DNA from: an uncultured Bifidobacteriaceae bacterium
Lineage (GTDB): Bacteria; Acidobacteriota; Vicinamibacteria; Vicinamibacterales; UBA2999
Length of the DNA stretch: 64,000 nucleotides
Assembly (NCBI GenBank): GCA_964372085.1
Contig: CAYJPQ010000004.1
Span: 22,247 to 86,246 of the forward strand
Direction of reading: 5' to 3'
Under the pieces are notes generated by a model. It searched no databases. It was not told the DNA's origin and worked only from the letters and a program-made list of their open reading frames with translations. The position numbers and the translations under genes are program-made. Below are positions 16,293 to 24,860 of the stretch, in pieces; within the stretch, counting starts at the first letter, position 1, and every line of letters begins with the position of its first letter.

Positions 16293-17453
16293 GTGCTTAG
16301 GCAACATCTTACGGATGCTATCACTGGAGCACTCCAGCAGGCGAGGGTGGTGGCGCTGCTCGGACCCCGACAGTCGGGCAAGACCACCCTGGCCCGTGGT
16401 ATTGCCCGAGGCGGCGCCTTTGCCTGCGACGAGCGATTGAACTACTTCGACCTCGAGGACCCCGCTCACCTCGATCGCCTGGTCACGCCCAGACTGGCCC
16501 TCGACCCGTTGCGCGGCCTGATTGTCATCGATGAGATCCAGCGCCGACCCGACCTGTTTCCCATGCTCCGCGTATTGGCCGACCGCGAGGATGTCGATGC
16601 GCGGTTCCTGATCCTCGGCAGTGCCTCACGCGATCTGATTCGCCAGGCGTCCGAGACCCTCGCGGGCCGCATCCACTTCGTGGACGTCTTTCCATTCGCG
16701 CTCACCGAGACCGGTCTTGCCTCGTTCGACACCCTGTGGACGCGCGGCGGCTTTCCGCCCTCTTTTCTCGCGCCCACGGACGAGGCCAGTTGGCAGTGGC
16801 GCGAACAGTACATCCGCACCTTCCTGGAGCGCGACATTCCCGCGCTCGGCATCCGCATCCCGCCGCTCATGCTCCGCCGGTTCTGGATGATGCTCGCCCA
16901 CTATCATGGTCAGGCTTTCAATGCCTCGGAGATCGCCAGGAGCCTGGGCGTGGCCGACACCACGGCCACTCACTATCTCGACATCCTGACCGGCACGTTC
17001 ATGGTGCGGCGATTGCCGGCCTGGTTCGAGAACCTCGGCAAGAGGCAAGTCAAGACGCCGAAGCTTTACTTCCGCGACACGGGAATCTACCACCGGCTGA
17101 TGGACATTCCAGACCGGGCCGCGCTCGTCAACCATCCGAAGCTGGGCGCGTCCTGGGAGGGCATGGCGGTGGAGCAACTGATCCGCGCGAGCGGGGCCGC
17201 GGACGAACAGGTGTTCTTCTGGGGCATCCACGGTCAGGCCGAACTCGACCTGCTCGTGTTTCGGGGCAGCCAACGCATTGGCTATGAAGTGAAGTACACC
17301 GACCGCCCGCACATCTCGAAATCGCAGCATCTGGCTTTGGAGTACCTCCGGCTCGATCGGCTAGTCCTGGTCATCCCGGGAGCGGCGGCATATCCGCTCG
17401 AGGATCGCATCCACGTCCGCGGGCTCAATACGTTGATCGGGGAGGCGCCTTAG
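16293..17453 (+). CDS. AAA-family ATPase with C-terminal DUF4143-like domain
   Basis: Walker A is GPRQSGKTT and Walker B is LIVIDEIQ. The C-terminal ..ELDLLV..IGYEVKY is typical of the AAA_14/DUF4143 architecture. The start is GTG. Confidence 0.85.
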   Translation: MLRQHLTDAITGALQQARVVALLGPRQSGKTTLARGIARGGAFACDERLNYFDLEDPAHLDRLVTPRLALDPLRGLIVIDEIQRRPDLFPMLRVLADREDVDARFLILGSASRDLIRQASETLAGRIHFVDVFPFALTETGLASFDTLWTRGGFPPSFLAPTDEASWQWREQYIRTFLERDIPALGIRIPPLMLRRFWMMLAHYHGQAFNASEIARSLGVADTTATHYLDILTGTFMVRRLPAWFENLGKRQVKTPKLYFRDTGIYHRLMDIPDRAALVNHPKLGASWEGMAVEQLIRASGAADEQVFFWGIHGQAELDLLVFRGSQRIGYEVKYTDRPHISKSQHLALEYLRLDRLVLVIPGAAAYPLEDRIHVRGLNTLIGEAP

Positions 17454-17680
17454 GCAGTCCGTGCTGTCAGGCGATCGTCGTGCTCGTCGGCAATATCGGC
17501 CTGCCCGCTCGAGCCAACGCCCACCAGCCGCGCGTAAACCTCGGACGTAGGAGCCGGTGTTTCGACCGGGCCTAGCAGGCTCTGGCTGACAGAGCGCCGG
17601 ATCAGTTTGGCCACCGAGACGCGCTCGGCTCGCGCCCGGCCTTTCAGGGCCTTCAGCTGCTCAGGATCCAGATAAACCAT
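17450..17680 (-). CDS. Ribbon-helix-helix (CopG/VapB-like) antitoxin-type protein, no cognate toxin gene
   Basis: MVYLDPEQLKALKGRARAERVSVAKLIRRSV has an RHH layout, and the tail GSSGQADIADEHDDRL is antitoxin-like. Its 3' end overlaps the convergent ATPase gene by 4 nt. Confidence 0.65.
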   Translation of the reverse strand: MVYLDPEQLKALKGRARAERVSVAKLIRRSVSQSLLGPVETPAPTSEVYARLVGVGSSGQADIADEHDDRLTARTA

Positions 17681-17686
17681 GGTACG

Positions 17687-17716
17687 TGACGCTATGATGC
17701 GGTAAGTATAGCGTCA
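17687..17716 (-). promoter_or_regulatory. Perfect 9-bp inverted repeat (TGACGCTAT / ATAGCGTCA), candidate RHH operator overlapping a TATACT -10-like box
   Basis: Arms lie at 17687-17695 and 17708-17716 with a 12-nt spacer, 7 nt upstream of ATG 17680. On the minus strand TATACT sits at 17710-17705. Confidence 0.4.
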
Positions 17717-17748
17717 TGGGCCTGCGGCCGCGATCACGCGCCGGCCGC

Positions 17749-18750
17749 TCACGCCGCAGCCTCACGCTTTGACGCGACCGCGGCGCCCAGTGAAGCCCAG
17801 AACCCCGCGCTCCACATCACGTGCATGGTCATGAATGTCGCCGCCAGCCAACCGGTGGTCTGCCAGCGACCGCGGGTCGCGGCCCCGTGGGCCGCGCCAG
17901 CCAGCATGGTCGCCGGGTAAGCCGCGGGCAGGATCCACCACCACCCGCCGCCCGCCAACGATGCCGCAATCGTCAACGCGATCAGCACGGGAATCAGCAT
18001 GGCCGGTATCAACTGACGCAGCCGGACTGAACCGGGATACCGCAGTAACATCCGGGCTTTCCACCAGCCGTACCAGCCGTATTGTCTGGCCACGGCGGCC
18101 ACCGTTGGGCGAGCGAAGTAAGTGCATTCCATCGCGGGATCCAGGACCACGCGCAGTCCTCGCAAGCGAACCCGGTGGTTGAACTCGTAATCTTCGTTGG
18201 CGAGCAGCCGCTCGTCGAGTCCGCCGAGCGACTGCCACAGCGTGCGGCGAAAGCATCCGAACGGCACGGTGTCGACATCCTTCAGGCCCGATTGGCCGCC
18301 ACTGCGGTACATGGCCCCGCCCGAGCCGATCCGGTGTGCCGCAGCAATGGCGACCGCGCCGGCTTCGAGCGTCGGCGCACCTGGCTTGATCACCCAGACA
18401 CCGCCCACCACGCCAACATCGGGCAGCTCAATCAGAGCAACAGCGCGCGCGATGTAGTCGGGCGCGGGACGGCAGTGGCCGTCGAGCCGGACCACGACAT
18501 CGGTGGCCAGCGCCGCAATGCCGGCATTGACTGCCGCCGCCACGCCCCGCTTCGGGCCGGCGACAATCCGCAACGGCAAGCCGCCAACCCGCCGGTGATC
18601 TCCCAGCACAAGCGACGTCTCATCCGTCGACCCATCGTCCACCACGACGACATCGTCTGCAGGGTGGGTCTGAGATTCCAGGCCCTGGAGCACCTCGTGC
18701 AGCCAGCGCGCCTCGTTGCGGCATGGGATCACGACCCCGACGGTAGCCAC
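17749..18750 (-). CDS. GT2-family glycosyltransferase
   Basis: Contains VVIPCRNE, VVVVDDGSTDET and RLDGH, with C-terminal TM segments. GTG 18750 lies 1 nt after the upstream stop. The ORF-track start is 18783. Confidence 0.88.
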   Translation of the reverse strand: MATVGVVIPCRNEARWLHEVLQGLESQTHPADDVVVVDDGSTDETSLVLGDHRRVGGLPLRIVAGPKRGVAAAVNAGIAALATDVVVRLDGHCRPAPDYIARAVALIELPDVGVVGGVWVIKPGAPTLEAGAVAIAAAHRIGSGGAMYRSGGQSGLKDVDTVPFGCFRRTLWQSLGGLDERLLANEDYEFNHRVRLRGLRVVLDPAMECTYFARPTVAAVARQYGWYGWWKARMLLRYPGSVRLRQLIPAMLIPVLIALTIAASLAGGGWWWILPAAYPATMLAGAAHGAATRGRWQTTGWLAATFMTMHVMWSAGFWASLGAAVASKREAAA

Positions 18751-18751
18751 G

Positions 18752-20092
18752 CTATTGCCCCCCAGAACGGAGCATGGTGCCAACAGTCCGCAACAGGATC
18801 AGCGAGTCGAACCACAACGATTGATGCTTAATGTAATAGAGGTCGTATTCGAGCTTGATGGCCGAATCGCGCACCGAGTCGCCGTAGGGGTAATTCACCT
18901 GGGCCCAACCGGTCAGGCCGGGAGCGACGATCAGCCGCGCGCGATACAGCGGGACTTCCCGCTCGAGTTGTTCGACAAACGGCGGCCGCTCCGGACGCGG
19001 TCCCACCATGCTCATCTCACCGCGCAACACCGACAGCAGGTTTGGCAGTTCATCGAGACGCGTGCGCCGCAAGAAACGACCAACGCGCGTGACGCGGGCG
19101 TCGTTGGGAGTGCTCCACTTTGCCTCGCCGTCCCGTTCGGCGTCGGTGACCATGGTTCGAAATTTGGTGATCAGGAACGGTCGGCCGCCCCGCCCGAGCC
19201 GCGATTGACGGTACAGCACTGGCCGGCCGCTCTCAGCCACGATCGCGAGCGCGATCGCCGGTGCGATCAGCAGACCCACTGCGGTGAGCAGCACGGCCAC
19301 GCCGATGTCGAGCAGCCGCTTGGCCAGCGGGGAGGCGTCGCGAAACGGCGCGACGTCGAAGAAGTTCGTCACCAGCCACGACGAACCCACGTGGTCCACG
19401 GGCACGCGCCCGAGTGTGTCTTCGTAGAGTTGCGCCAGTCGGACGACGTGGGTGCCAGACTCCTGGCAGCGGAGCAACCGTTGCACCCACTGGTCATCGA
19501 CTTCATCGGCACGCCCGTCCAGTGCCACGACCAGGTCGGTCACCTCGAGCCGGAGGGCGATCTGGTCCACGTCGGCGGGAACTCCGGTAATCTTCCACTC
19601 CGCGCGAGGCGCGTCGTTGGTGGCGACCCCAACCACCTCGGCATCGCGGAAGCTGGCGTCAGTCAGCAGTTCGATCGCCGTCTGCAGCGCGTGGCCCGAG
19701 CCCACGACCAGGACCCTCCGGGAGAATGGTGCCTGGGTCAGCGACCAGAACGCGATCACGCGCCACGCGAGAACCAGCAAAGTCGCATCCCAAAAGACAT
19801 AGACCGCGACCAGGCGCGGTAGGCGTTCGCCTCCAGCATAGAAGAACAGTCCCAGATAGATGACGAGCATCGTTGCCGCAGCCCGAAGAATGCCATGAGC
19901 AGTCTGGCGCAGGTCCAGCGCGACGTTCGCGCGGCGCGTCGGGATGAGGAGAATCAGCCATACCGGCACGGCGAGCAGCCAAACCGCTCGCGTGCGAAGA
20001 AACGCGAAGTCGTACGGAAAGCCGGCAGTGATCGACCAGGTCCATAACGCCAGCAGCACTGCCGCAGTGACAGCCGCTGCGTCGCCGAGCAT
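18752..20092 (-). CDS. Large polyprenyl-phosphate hexose-1-phosphate transferase (WbaP/WcaJ/EpsB type)
   Basis: Has an N-terminal multi-TM domain and a C-terminal catalytic domain with KFRTM, MVGPRPERP and GLTGWAQV. Confidence 0.9.
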   Translation of the reverse strand: MLGDAAAVTAAVLLALWTWSITAGFPYDFAFLRTRAVWLLAVPVWLILLIPTRRANVALDLRQTAHGILRAAATMLVIYLGLFFYAGGERLPRLVAVYVFWDATLLVLAWRVIAFWSLTQAPFSRRVLVVGSGHALQTAIELLTDASFRDAEVVGVATNDAPRAEWKITGVPADVDQIALRLEVTDLVVALDGRADEVDDQWVQRLLRCQESGTHVVRLAQLYEDTLGRVPVDHVGSSWLVTNFFDVAPFRDASPLAKRLLDIGVAVLLTAVGLLIAPAIALAIVAESGRPVLYRQSRLGRGGRPFLITKFRTMVTDAERDGEAKWSTPNDARVTRVGRFLRRTRLDELPNLLSVLRGEMSMVGPRPERPPFVEQLEREVPLYRARLIVAPGLTGWAQVNYPYGDSVRDSAIKLEYDLYYIKHQSLWFDSLILLRTVGTMLRSGGQ

Positions 20093-20130
20093 CAGCGCGA
20101 GTCGACGCTCTGAACTCCGCAGGGGACGAC

Positions 20131-21144
20131 TCAGAAACGGCCCCTAAACGAGAATGCGCCAAGGATCACCTTGGGCCCAAGACTGACGATGTGCAAAACA
20201 ATCGCGACCGCGACGGCGGTCGGCTGAGGCACGTCCCACGCCGCCAGAGTGACCACGGTCAAGTAGTGAAACACGCCGACGTTGCCCGGCACCGAGACGA
20301 CGGCGGTGCCGATCTGCAGGACCACGAGCAAGACGAGGGCCGTGACTGCCGGCACGGGCAAGTCGAAGCTTCGGAACACCAGGTAGTTCGTGGCGGCAGC
20401 CGTAACGGGAATCACCGCTGTGAGTATCGCGATCTTCCCAAGCTGGTGCCGCTGGGTGATATCGACCCAGCCCGCGCGCATCGCCGATTCTTGTTGCCCA
20501 AGCCACGCGGCCGCACGTGCCATCAGGCTGAGGTGTGTCCTTAGCCAGGCGAGGATGGCCGGGAGGAACCGCACGAACAGCAACGCGGCTCCGATCGTGG
20601 CGAGGGTCAGGGTCACCGCGGCTGGCAACACCCCGCGGAAGGCCTGTGGCATCAGGCCACTCAGAATCAGGGTGGCGACGATAGACGCAAACGCCGCGAC
20701 GTCGAAGGCGCGCTCCAGTGCCAGACTCACCATTACTCGCCCGACGGGAATGTCGAGTTCGCGGCTCGTCACGACCAGGCGCGCACCCTCGCCGAAGCGT
20801 AGCGGCACGATGATGTTGACGGCCTGGCCGAGGATGACGGCGTCCCAAAGAGCGCGCCACCTCGCAGAAGAAAGCATTGAACCTGTCAAATCGGCTACCG
20901 GCGCTTCACCACCGACCAAGACGCCCCAACGAAATGTTACCAAGCAGAGCGTCAGAAGAACCGACAGAATCGCGACCAGGATCCCGGCCGGACTGGCACG
21001 TGCGAACGCGTCGACGACCTCGGGCCAATCGAGGTTGACCGCAGCCGCGTAGACAACCGCAATAGCGCAGAGCCAGCCAACGGCGTAACGGGTCGCCCGC
21101 CAGCGGCGGCCTGCGCGATCGACGGCGGGTATGTCATTGTGCAC
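20131..21144 (-). CDS. Flippase-like membrane protein (lysyl-PG synthase TM-region/UPF0104-like)
   Basis: Polytopic membrane protein (..FRWGVLVGG.., ..IIVPLRFGEGARLV..). I prefer the GTG 21144 start because the ORF-track start at 21270 would overlap the divergent DUF218 gene. Confidence 0.55.
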   Translation of the reverse strand: MHNDIPAVDRAGRRWRATRYAVGWLCAIAVVYAAAVNLDWPEVVDAFARASPAGILVAILSVLLTLCLVTFRWGVLVGGEAPVADLTGSMLSSARWRALWDAVILGQAVNIIVPLRFGEGARLVVTSRELDIPVGRVMVSLALERAFDVAAFASIVATLILSGLMPQAFRGVLPAAVTLTLATIGAALLFVRFLPAILAWLRTHLSLMARAAAWLGQQESAMRAGWVDITQRHQLGKIAILTAVIPVTAAATNYLVFRSFDLPVPAVTALVLLVVLQIGTAVVSVPGNVGVFHYLTVVTLAAWDVPQPTAVAVAIVLHIVSLGPKVILGAFSFRGRF

Positions 21145-21210
21145 AATTGGCGGGTTCGCCTTCGTCAGTTGGAGCCAGCCCACTGTATCGCGCAAAGGAG
21201 GATGTTCCGC

Positions 21211-21903
21211 ATGTTTGGCCCGAATGCGCTCTTCGCTGTCGGCCGGATGCTCGCACGCTGGGTGAAACACGGGTTCGTGGTGGTTGGTATTGCCGCCGTC
21301 CTCCTCAGCACCTGGCTGATGACCGGACGGTCCACTGGGCTCGAGCTACTCGTCACCGAATCAGATTCTCCGCGGCCGGCAGCGGCAATTGTCTGCGTGG
21401 CCGGTGGGATTGGCAGCCATGGCTTGCCAACCCCCGAAGGCTGGGACCGCATCTACGCGGCAGTTCAGTTGCTGGCCGACGGACTGGCGCCGACCATCAT
21501 CTTCAGCGGGGGTGGGGCCGCGAACGTAAGTGAAGCCGAGGTGTACGCCGAGGCCGCGCGCTGGCTCGGCAGCCCTGCTGAGGCGCTCGTCCTTGACCCG
21601 ATTCCTGGGAGCACCGCGGAGCATCCGGGCAACCTGTTGAAGCTCGATGCGACCAGGGTCCGTCACGACACACCTCTGCTCGTCGTCACCTCGCAGTTGC
21701 ATTCAAGACGAACCGCGATGTCGTTCCGCAGGGCCGGCTTTTCGAATTTTCGGATGATCACGTCCTATGAGGCCAAGGGGTCGCCACTGGCCAGGAACAA
21801 CTTGCGGTCCGGGGATCGATGTAGGCCCACGCGTCCTTTGGCGCCGCCATCAGCATGCCTGCGGCGATCGCGGCAAGTGCGGAGATTTTTAACGGGATCC
21901 TAA
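21211..21903 (+). CDS. DUF218 (ElyC/YdcF-like) protein, paralog 2
   Basis: Contains IVCVAGGIG..IIFSGGG..LLVVTSQLHSRR after an N-terminal TM. AAAGGAGG at 21194-21201 lies 9 nt upstream of ATG 21211. The ORF track starts at 21139. Confidence 0.75.
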   Translation: MFGPNALFAVGRMLARWVKHGFVVVGIAAVLLSTWLMTGRSTGLELLVTESDSPRPAAAIVCVAGGIGSHGLPTPEGWDRIYAAVQLLADGLAPTIIFSGGGAANVSEAEVYAEAARWLGSPAEALVLDPIPGSTAEHPGNLLKLDATRVRHDTPLLVVTSQLHSRRTAMSFRRAGFSNFRMITSYEAKGSPLARNNLRSGDRCRPTRPLAPPSACLRRSRQVRRFLTGS

Positions 21904-21972
21904 AGCGCACCATCAGGCACATACTACTCTGACACCGTCTCCATCGCGACGCCAGTAAGTCGCCGCTGCCTC

Positions 21973-22293
21973 ATGATAGGCTCGCGATTGCGGGGAAACG
22001 CCACCATGATCGACGTCCGGTTTGTCATTGCTCACGGTTTGTGGATTCTCGGCACGGCTGTCGTGCTCGCGGCATTCAGCTACCACGGCTGGCTGGCGCG
22101 AGAGCGGCAGATACCTCTGCGCCAAGTGTTGCGGGGCGCGGGGGGATGGAGAATGAGCATCGTCACAGGTGTTCTCCTCGTGGCCTGCGGCTTTCTGCTC
22201 ATGCAGGGGACGCACTGGTGGGAGCGAGGGCTCTGGCTATTGGCCTTGGCATGGGTGGCCTTCGACTTGTGGCGGCTGCGCAGCACGACTTAA
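21973..22293 (+). CDS. Small hypothetical membrane protein (3 predicted TM)
   Basis: Hydrophobic segments are GLWILGTAVVLAAF, IVTGVLLVACGFLL and LWLLALAWVAF. No family was recognised. Confidence 0.35.
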   Translation: MIGSRLRGNATMIDVRFVIAHGLWILGTAVVLAAFSYHGWLARERQIPLRQVLRGAGGWRMSIVTGVLLVACGFLLMQGTHWWERGLWLLALAWVAFDLWRLRSTT

Positions 22294-22563
22294 CTCCCCC
22301 GCGCGTCGGTAAGGGCGTCGCTCGAAGCGGTCGACCTCGAATCCATTGTCCACCAGGTCCGTTCCTGACGAAGCGCGGTGTTCGGTTCGAACATCTCCAA
22401 GATGCGAACCATAGACATCTGGTCGATCTGTGGCGTCAAGGTTCAGCCTGTGCCCTTTGCGGTTTCCCTCGCGGTGAGATCCGGTTGAGGCGCGGGGCGC
22501 CCGGGCACTCGCGCAGTACGTCCAGGCGACCGCATCGCCATTGGAAATAGGTGTTAGGATAAC

Positions 22564-23889
22564 TTGGCCTTGCCTGTGACGCGCGCCTTACGTTTGGCCC
22601 GATTCATCGTCGCTTCTGAACTGCCTATAATCCTCGCGATTTCACCTTTGCTATTGTTTCCAACACCAAGGCGCCTTGTGGTTCTGGCCGTCGTGCCGGT
22701 TATTTGGCTTTGTGCGCGGATCACAGGTGGCCGTGTGGTCCCGTCTACACCAATGAACGCCGCCCTAGGGCTCATGCTAGCGATGGTCGCCGTGAGTCTG
22801 TTTGCGACATTTGATATCCAGTTCAGCCTAGGCAAAGTGTCGGGCACGATGTTGGGCGCTCTGCTCTTTTGGGCCATTTCGCGATGGCTAACTACAACCG
22901 GCAGGTTGAAGCTTGGGACAGCGGCCTTCGTGCTGGCTGGCGGAGTCCTGGTCGTTGTCGGGCTGCTTGGCCTCCACGAGGACGGTAAAGTCGAGGCCGT
23001 CAGCTCGATGATTGCACAGTTACCAATAAGAATCCGCGGGATACCTGGCGCCGAGCGCGGTTTTAACCCTAATCCTATAGCCGGCTGTCTGGTACTGTTC
23101 GTGCCGCTGCAGGTGGCGCTTCTTGCGACGGGTGTTCAGCCTTGGTTGTTTCCATCGCCCAAGAACCCTTGGATCGGCAGATTGCTCATCCTCATCCAAG
23201 CCGTTCTACTTCTTCTCACTGCAGGCACCGTACTCCTTATGCAATCGCGAGGCGCCTGGTGGGGATTGGCAGTTGCAGCTGTAGTCTTTCTCATCTTCCA
23301 TAGCCGACGAATGCGTGCCTTGGCAGCGGTTGCCGGTGCAGCCCTTATCGTCCTGCTGGTGGTGCTCGGCCCAGGGAACTTCATCAAACAGGCCATCATC
23401 CTATCGGGCCCAGGCGAGGCCGAGATGCGTCTGTTTGTTACGGAACACACCGTCGCGAACCGCGTGGAACTCTGGTCAAGGGCCATTTCTGGCATACGAG
23501 ATTTCCCATTCACTGGAATGGGCATGAACGCTTTCCGCAGGATAATGCCGGTCCGATACCCAGTGTCACGAACTGAGTTCAACCCAGATGTTCCCCATGC
23601 CCATAACAACCTGCTTCAAGCCGCGCTCGACCTCGGCATCCCGGGCCTCATTGCGTACGCTTCGATTTGGCTGCTGGCGGGAGTCTTGCTCGTGATGGTT
23701 TACCGTCGCTCGTCCGAGCGGCTCTATCGCGCCATGGCAGGAGGTCTTGGTACCGGCCTGATTGCGCATTTCATATTTGGTATAGCTGACGCGATTCCAC
23801 TTGGGTCAAAGGTGGGCGTGCTATTCTGGCTAACGTTGGCTCTCACGGTCGCCCTCCACCGTGTCGCACTGGTGGACCAACCAAATTAG
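22564..23889 (+). CDS. O-antigen polymerase/ligase family (Wzy/WaaL-like) membrane protein
   Basis: About 10-12 TM segments and a periplasmic-loop region ..FTGMGMNAFRRIM..HAHNNLLQAALDLGIPG, typical of the Wzy_C family. It is visibly more A/T-rich than its neighbours. The start is TTG. Confidence 0.8.
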   Translation: MALPVTRALRLARFIVASELPIILAISPLLLFPTPRRLVVLAVVPVIWLCARITGGRVVPSTPMNAALGLMLAMVAVSLFATFDIQFSLGKVSGTMLGALLFWAISRWLTTTGRLKLGTAAFVLAGGVLVVVGLLGLHEDGKVEAVSSMIAQLPIRIRGIPGAERGFNPNPIAGCLVLFVPLQVALLATGVQPWLFPSPKNPWIGRLLILIQAVLLLLTAGTVLLMQSRGAWWGLAVAAVVFLIFHSRRMRALAAVAGAALIVLLVVLGPGNFIKQAIILSGPGEAEMRLFVTEHTVANRVELWSRAISGIRDFPFTGMGMNAFRRIMPVRYPVSRTEFNPDVPHAHNNLLQAALDLGIPGLIAYASIWLLAGVLLVMVYRRSSERLYRAMAGGLGTGLIAHFIFGIADAIPLGSKVGVLFWLTLALTVALHRVALVDQPN

Positions 23890-24021
23890 ATTCTGGCCTC
23901 CGTGGGATTTCGAAAGGTCAGTTCGTTACCAACCTCTGACGCTGGTCGGTACCCATTCACCACGGATAAGCCGTCTCTGATCCTGGTCACTGGGGTCCGG
24001 TGCGCTGGGAAGAACGGGGCG

Positions 24022-24795
24022 TCAACTACGTTGTACTCTTGCCGGCCGGTTAGCGAGGGCGTTGTAGATGCGCCCGTACATCTCACGAATCGCAACGTGA
24101 GTCTGGCCGAGCGCGCCCGCACTCGGCAGGAAATCTATTACGCTGACCCCATCGGACCGAGAACCTGCGAAATCCACTGGAAACTCATTCACCGTCAGCC
24201 CGGCATTACGGAAGAGTTGCGCCGCCCTCGACATGTGGAACGCAGACGTGACTAGCAGGATACGGACGGGCGTCCCTGGTCGCCGCGCGAGGATGTCTGA
24301 CACGGCCCGAGCCTCTTCGGCAGTATTCACAACCCGTCCGGTGGTAATGATGCTGTCTTGAGGCACGCCCATCACCTGCGCGAACTTCGCTGAAATATCA
24401 CTCTCCAGGGGCGCGTTCGGTTGAAGCGGAGACCATCCGCCCGTGAGAACCAGCAGCGGTGCCTTCCCGGCCTGATAGAGTTCAATCCCTCCGAACAATC
24501 GATCAGGATCGGCCCATTCGCTGACTGCAGCCGGCCCAGGAGCCACGACCCTCCCAGCACTCAGCACGACGATGGCATCCGCCGTGGGTGCCTCGCTCGC
24601 CAATCGGCGCTCGGCTCTGCCTTCGATGGCGCGGAAGAGGGTGCCGCTAATCACGGACATGCTGGCGAGCCACAAAATCGCACCAGCCGTGACGATCAAC
24701 CACCGACGGCGAAAGATAAGGCCAGCGAACAGCAGAATCATCGCGACACCGAGAGGAAGAACAAACAGCGGAAGTATCTTACTCAGATAAAACAT
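24022..24795 (-). CDS. DUF218 (ElyC/YdcF-like) protein, paralog 3
   Basis: Two N-terminal TM segments are followed by ADAIVVLSAG..LLVLTGG..ILLVTSAFHMSRA. Confidence 0.85.
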   Translation of the reverse strand: MFYLSKILPLFVLPLGVAMILLFAGLIFRRRWLIVTAGAILWLASMSVISGTLFRAIEGRAERRLASEAPTADAIVVLSAGRVVAPGPAAVSEWADPDRLFGGIELYQAGKAPLLVLTGGWSPLQPNAPLESDISAKFAQVMGVPQDSIITTGRVVNTAEEARAVSDILARRPGTPVRILLVTSAFHMSRAAQLFRNAGLTVNEFPVDFAGSRSDGVSVIDFLPSAGALGQTHVAIREMYGRIYNALANRPARVQRS

Positions 24796-24860
24796 GATTG
24801 GTACTGTTCGCTGCTCGTTGACGTGTTGCGCTGCGGCCCACTCGTTGAAGGAACTCCTGC

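Noticed and set aside
6129-17748. Annotating the TA islet (6.2-7.6 kb) and the ATPase/RHH islet (15.7-17.7 kb) as mobile elements
   Set aside because: No integrase, transposase, tRNA attachment site or flanking direct/inverted repeats were visible. I describe them only as insertions of unrelated genes.
22041-22550. 169-aa plus-strand ORF filling the gap before the Wzy gene
   Set aside because: It overlaps the small membrane-protein ORF out of frame and has an R/G-rich, motif-free translation. It is more likely non-coding or the antisense of a degraded gene.
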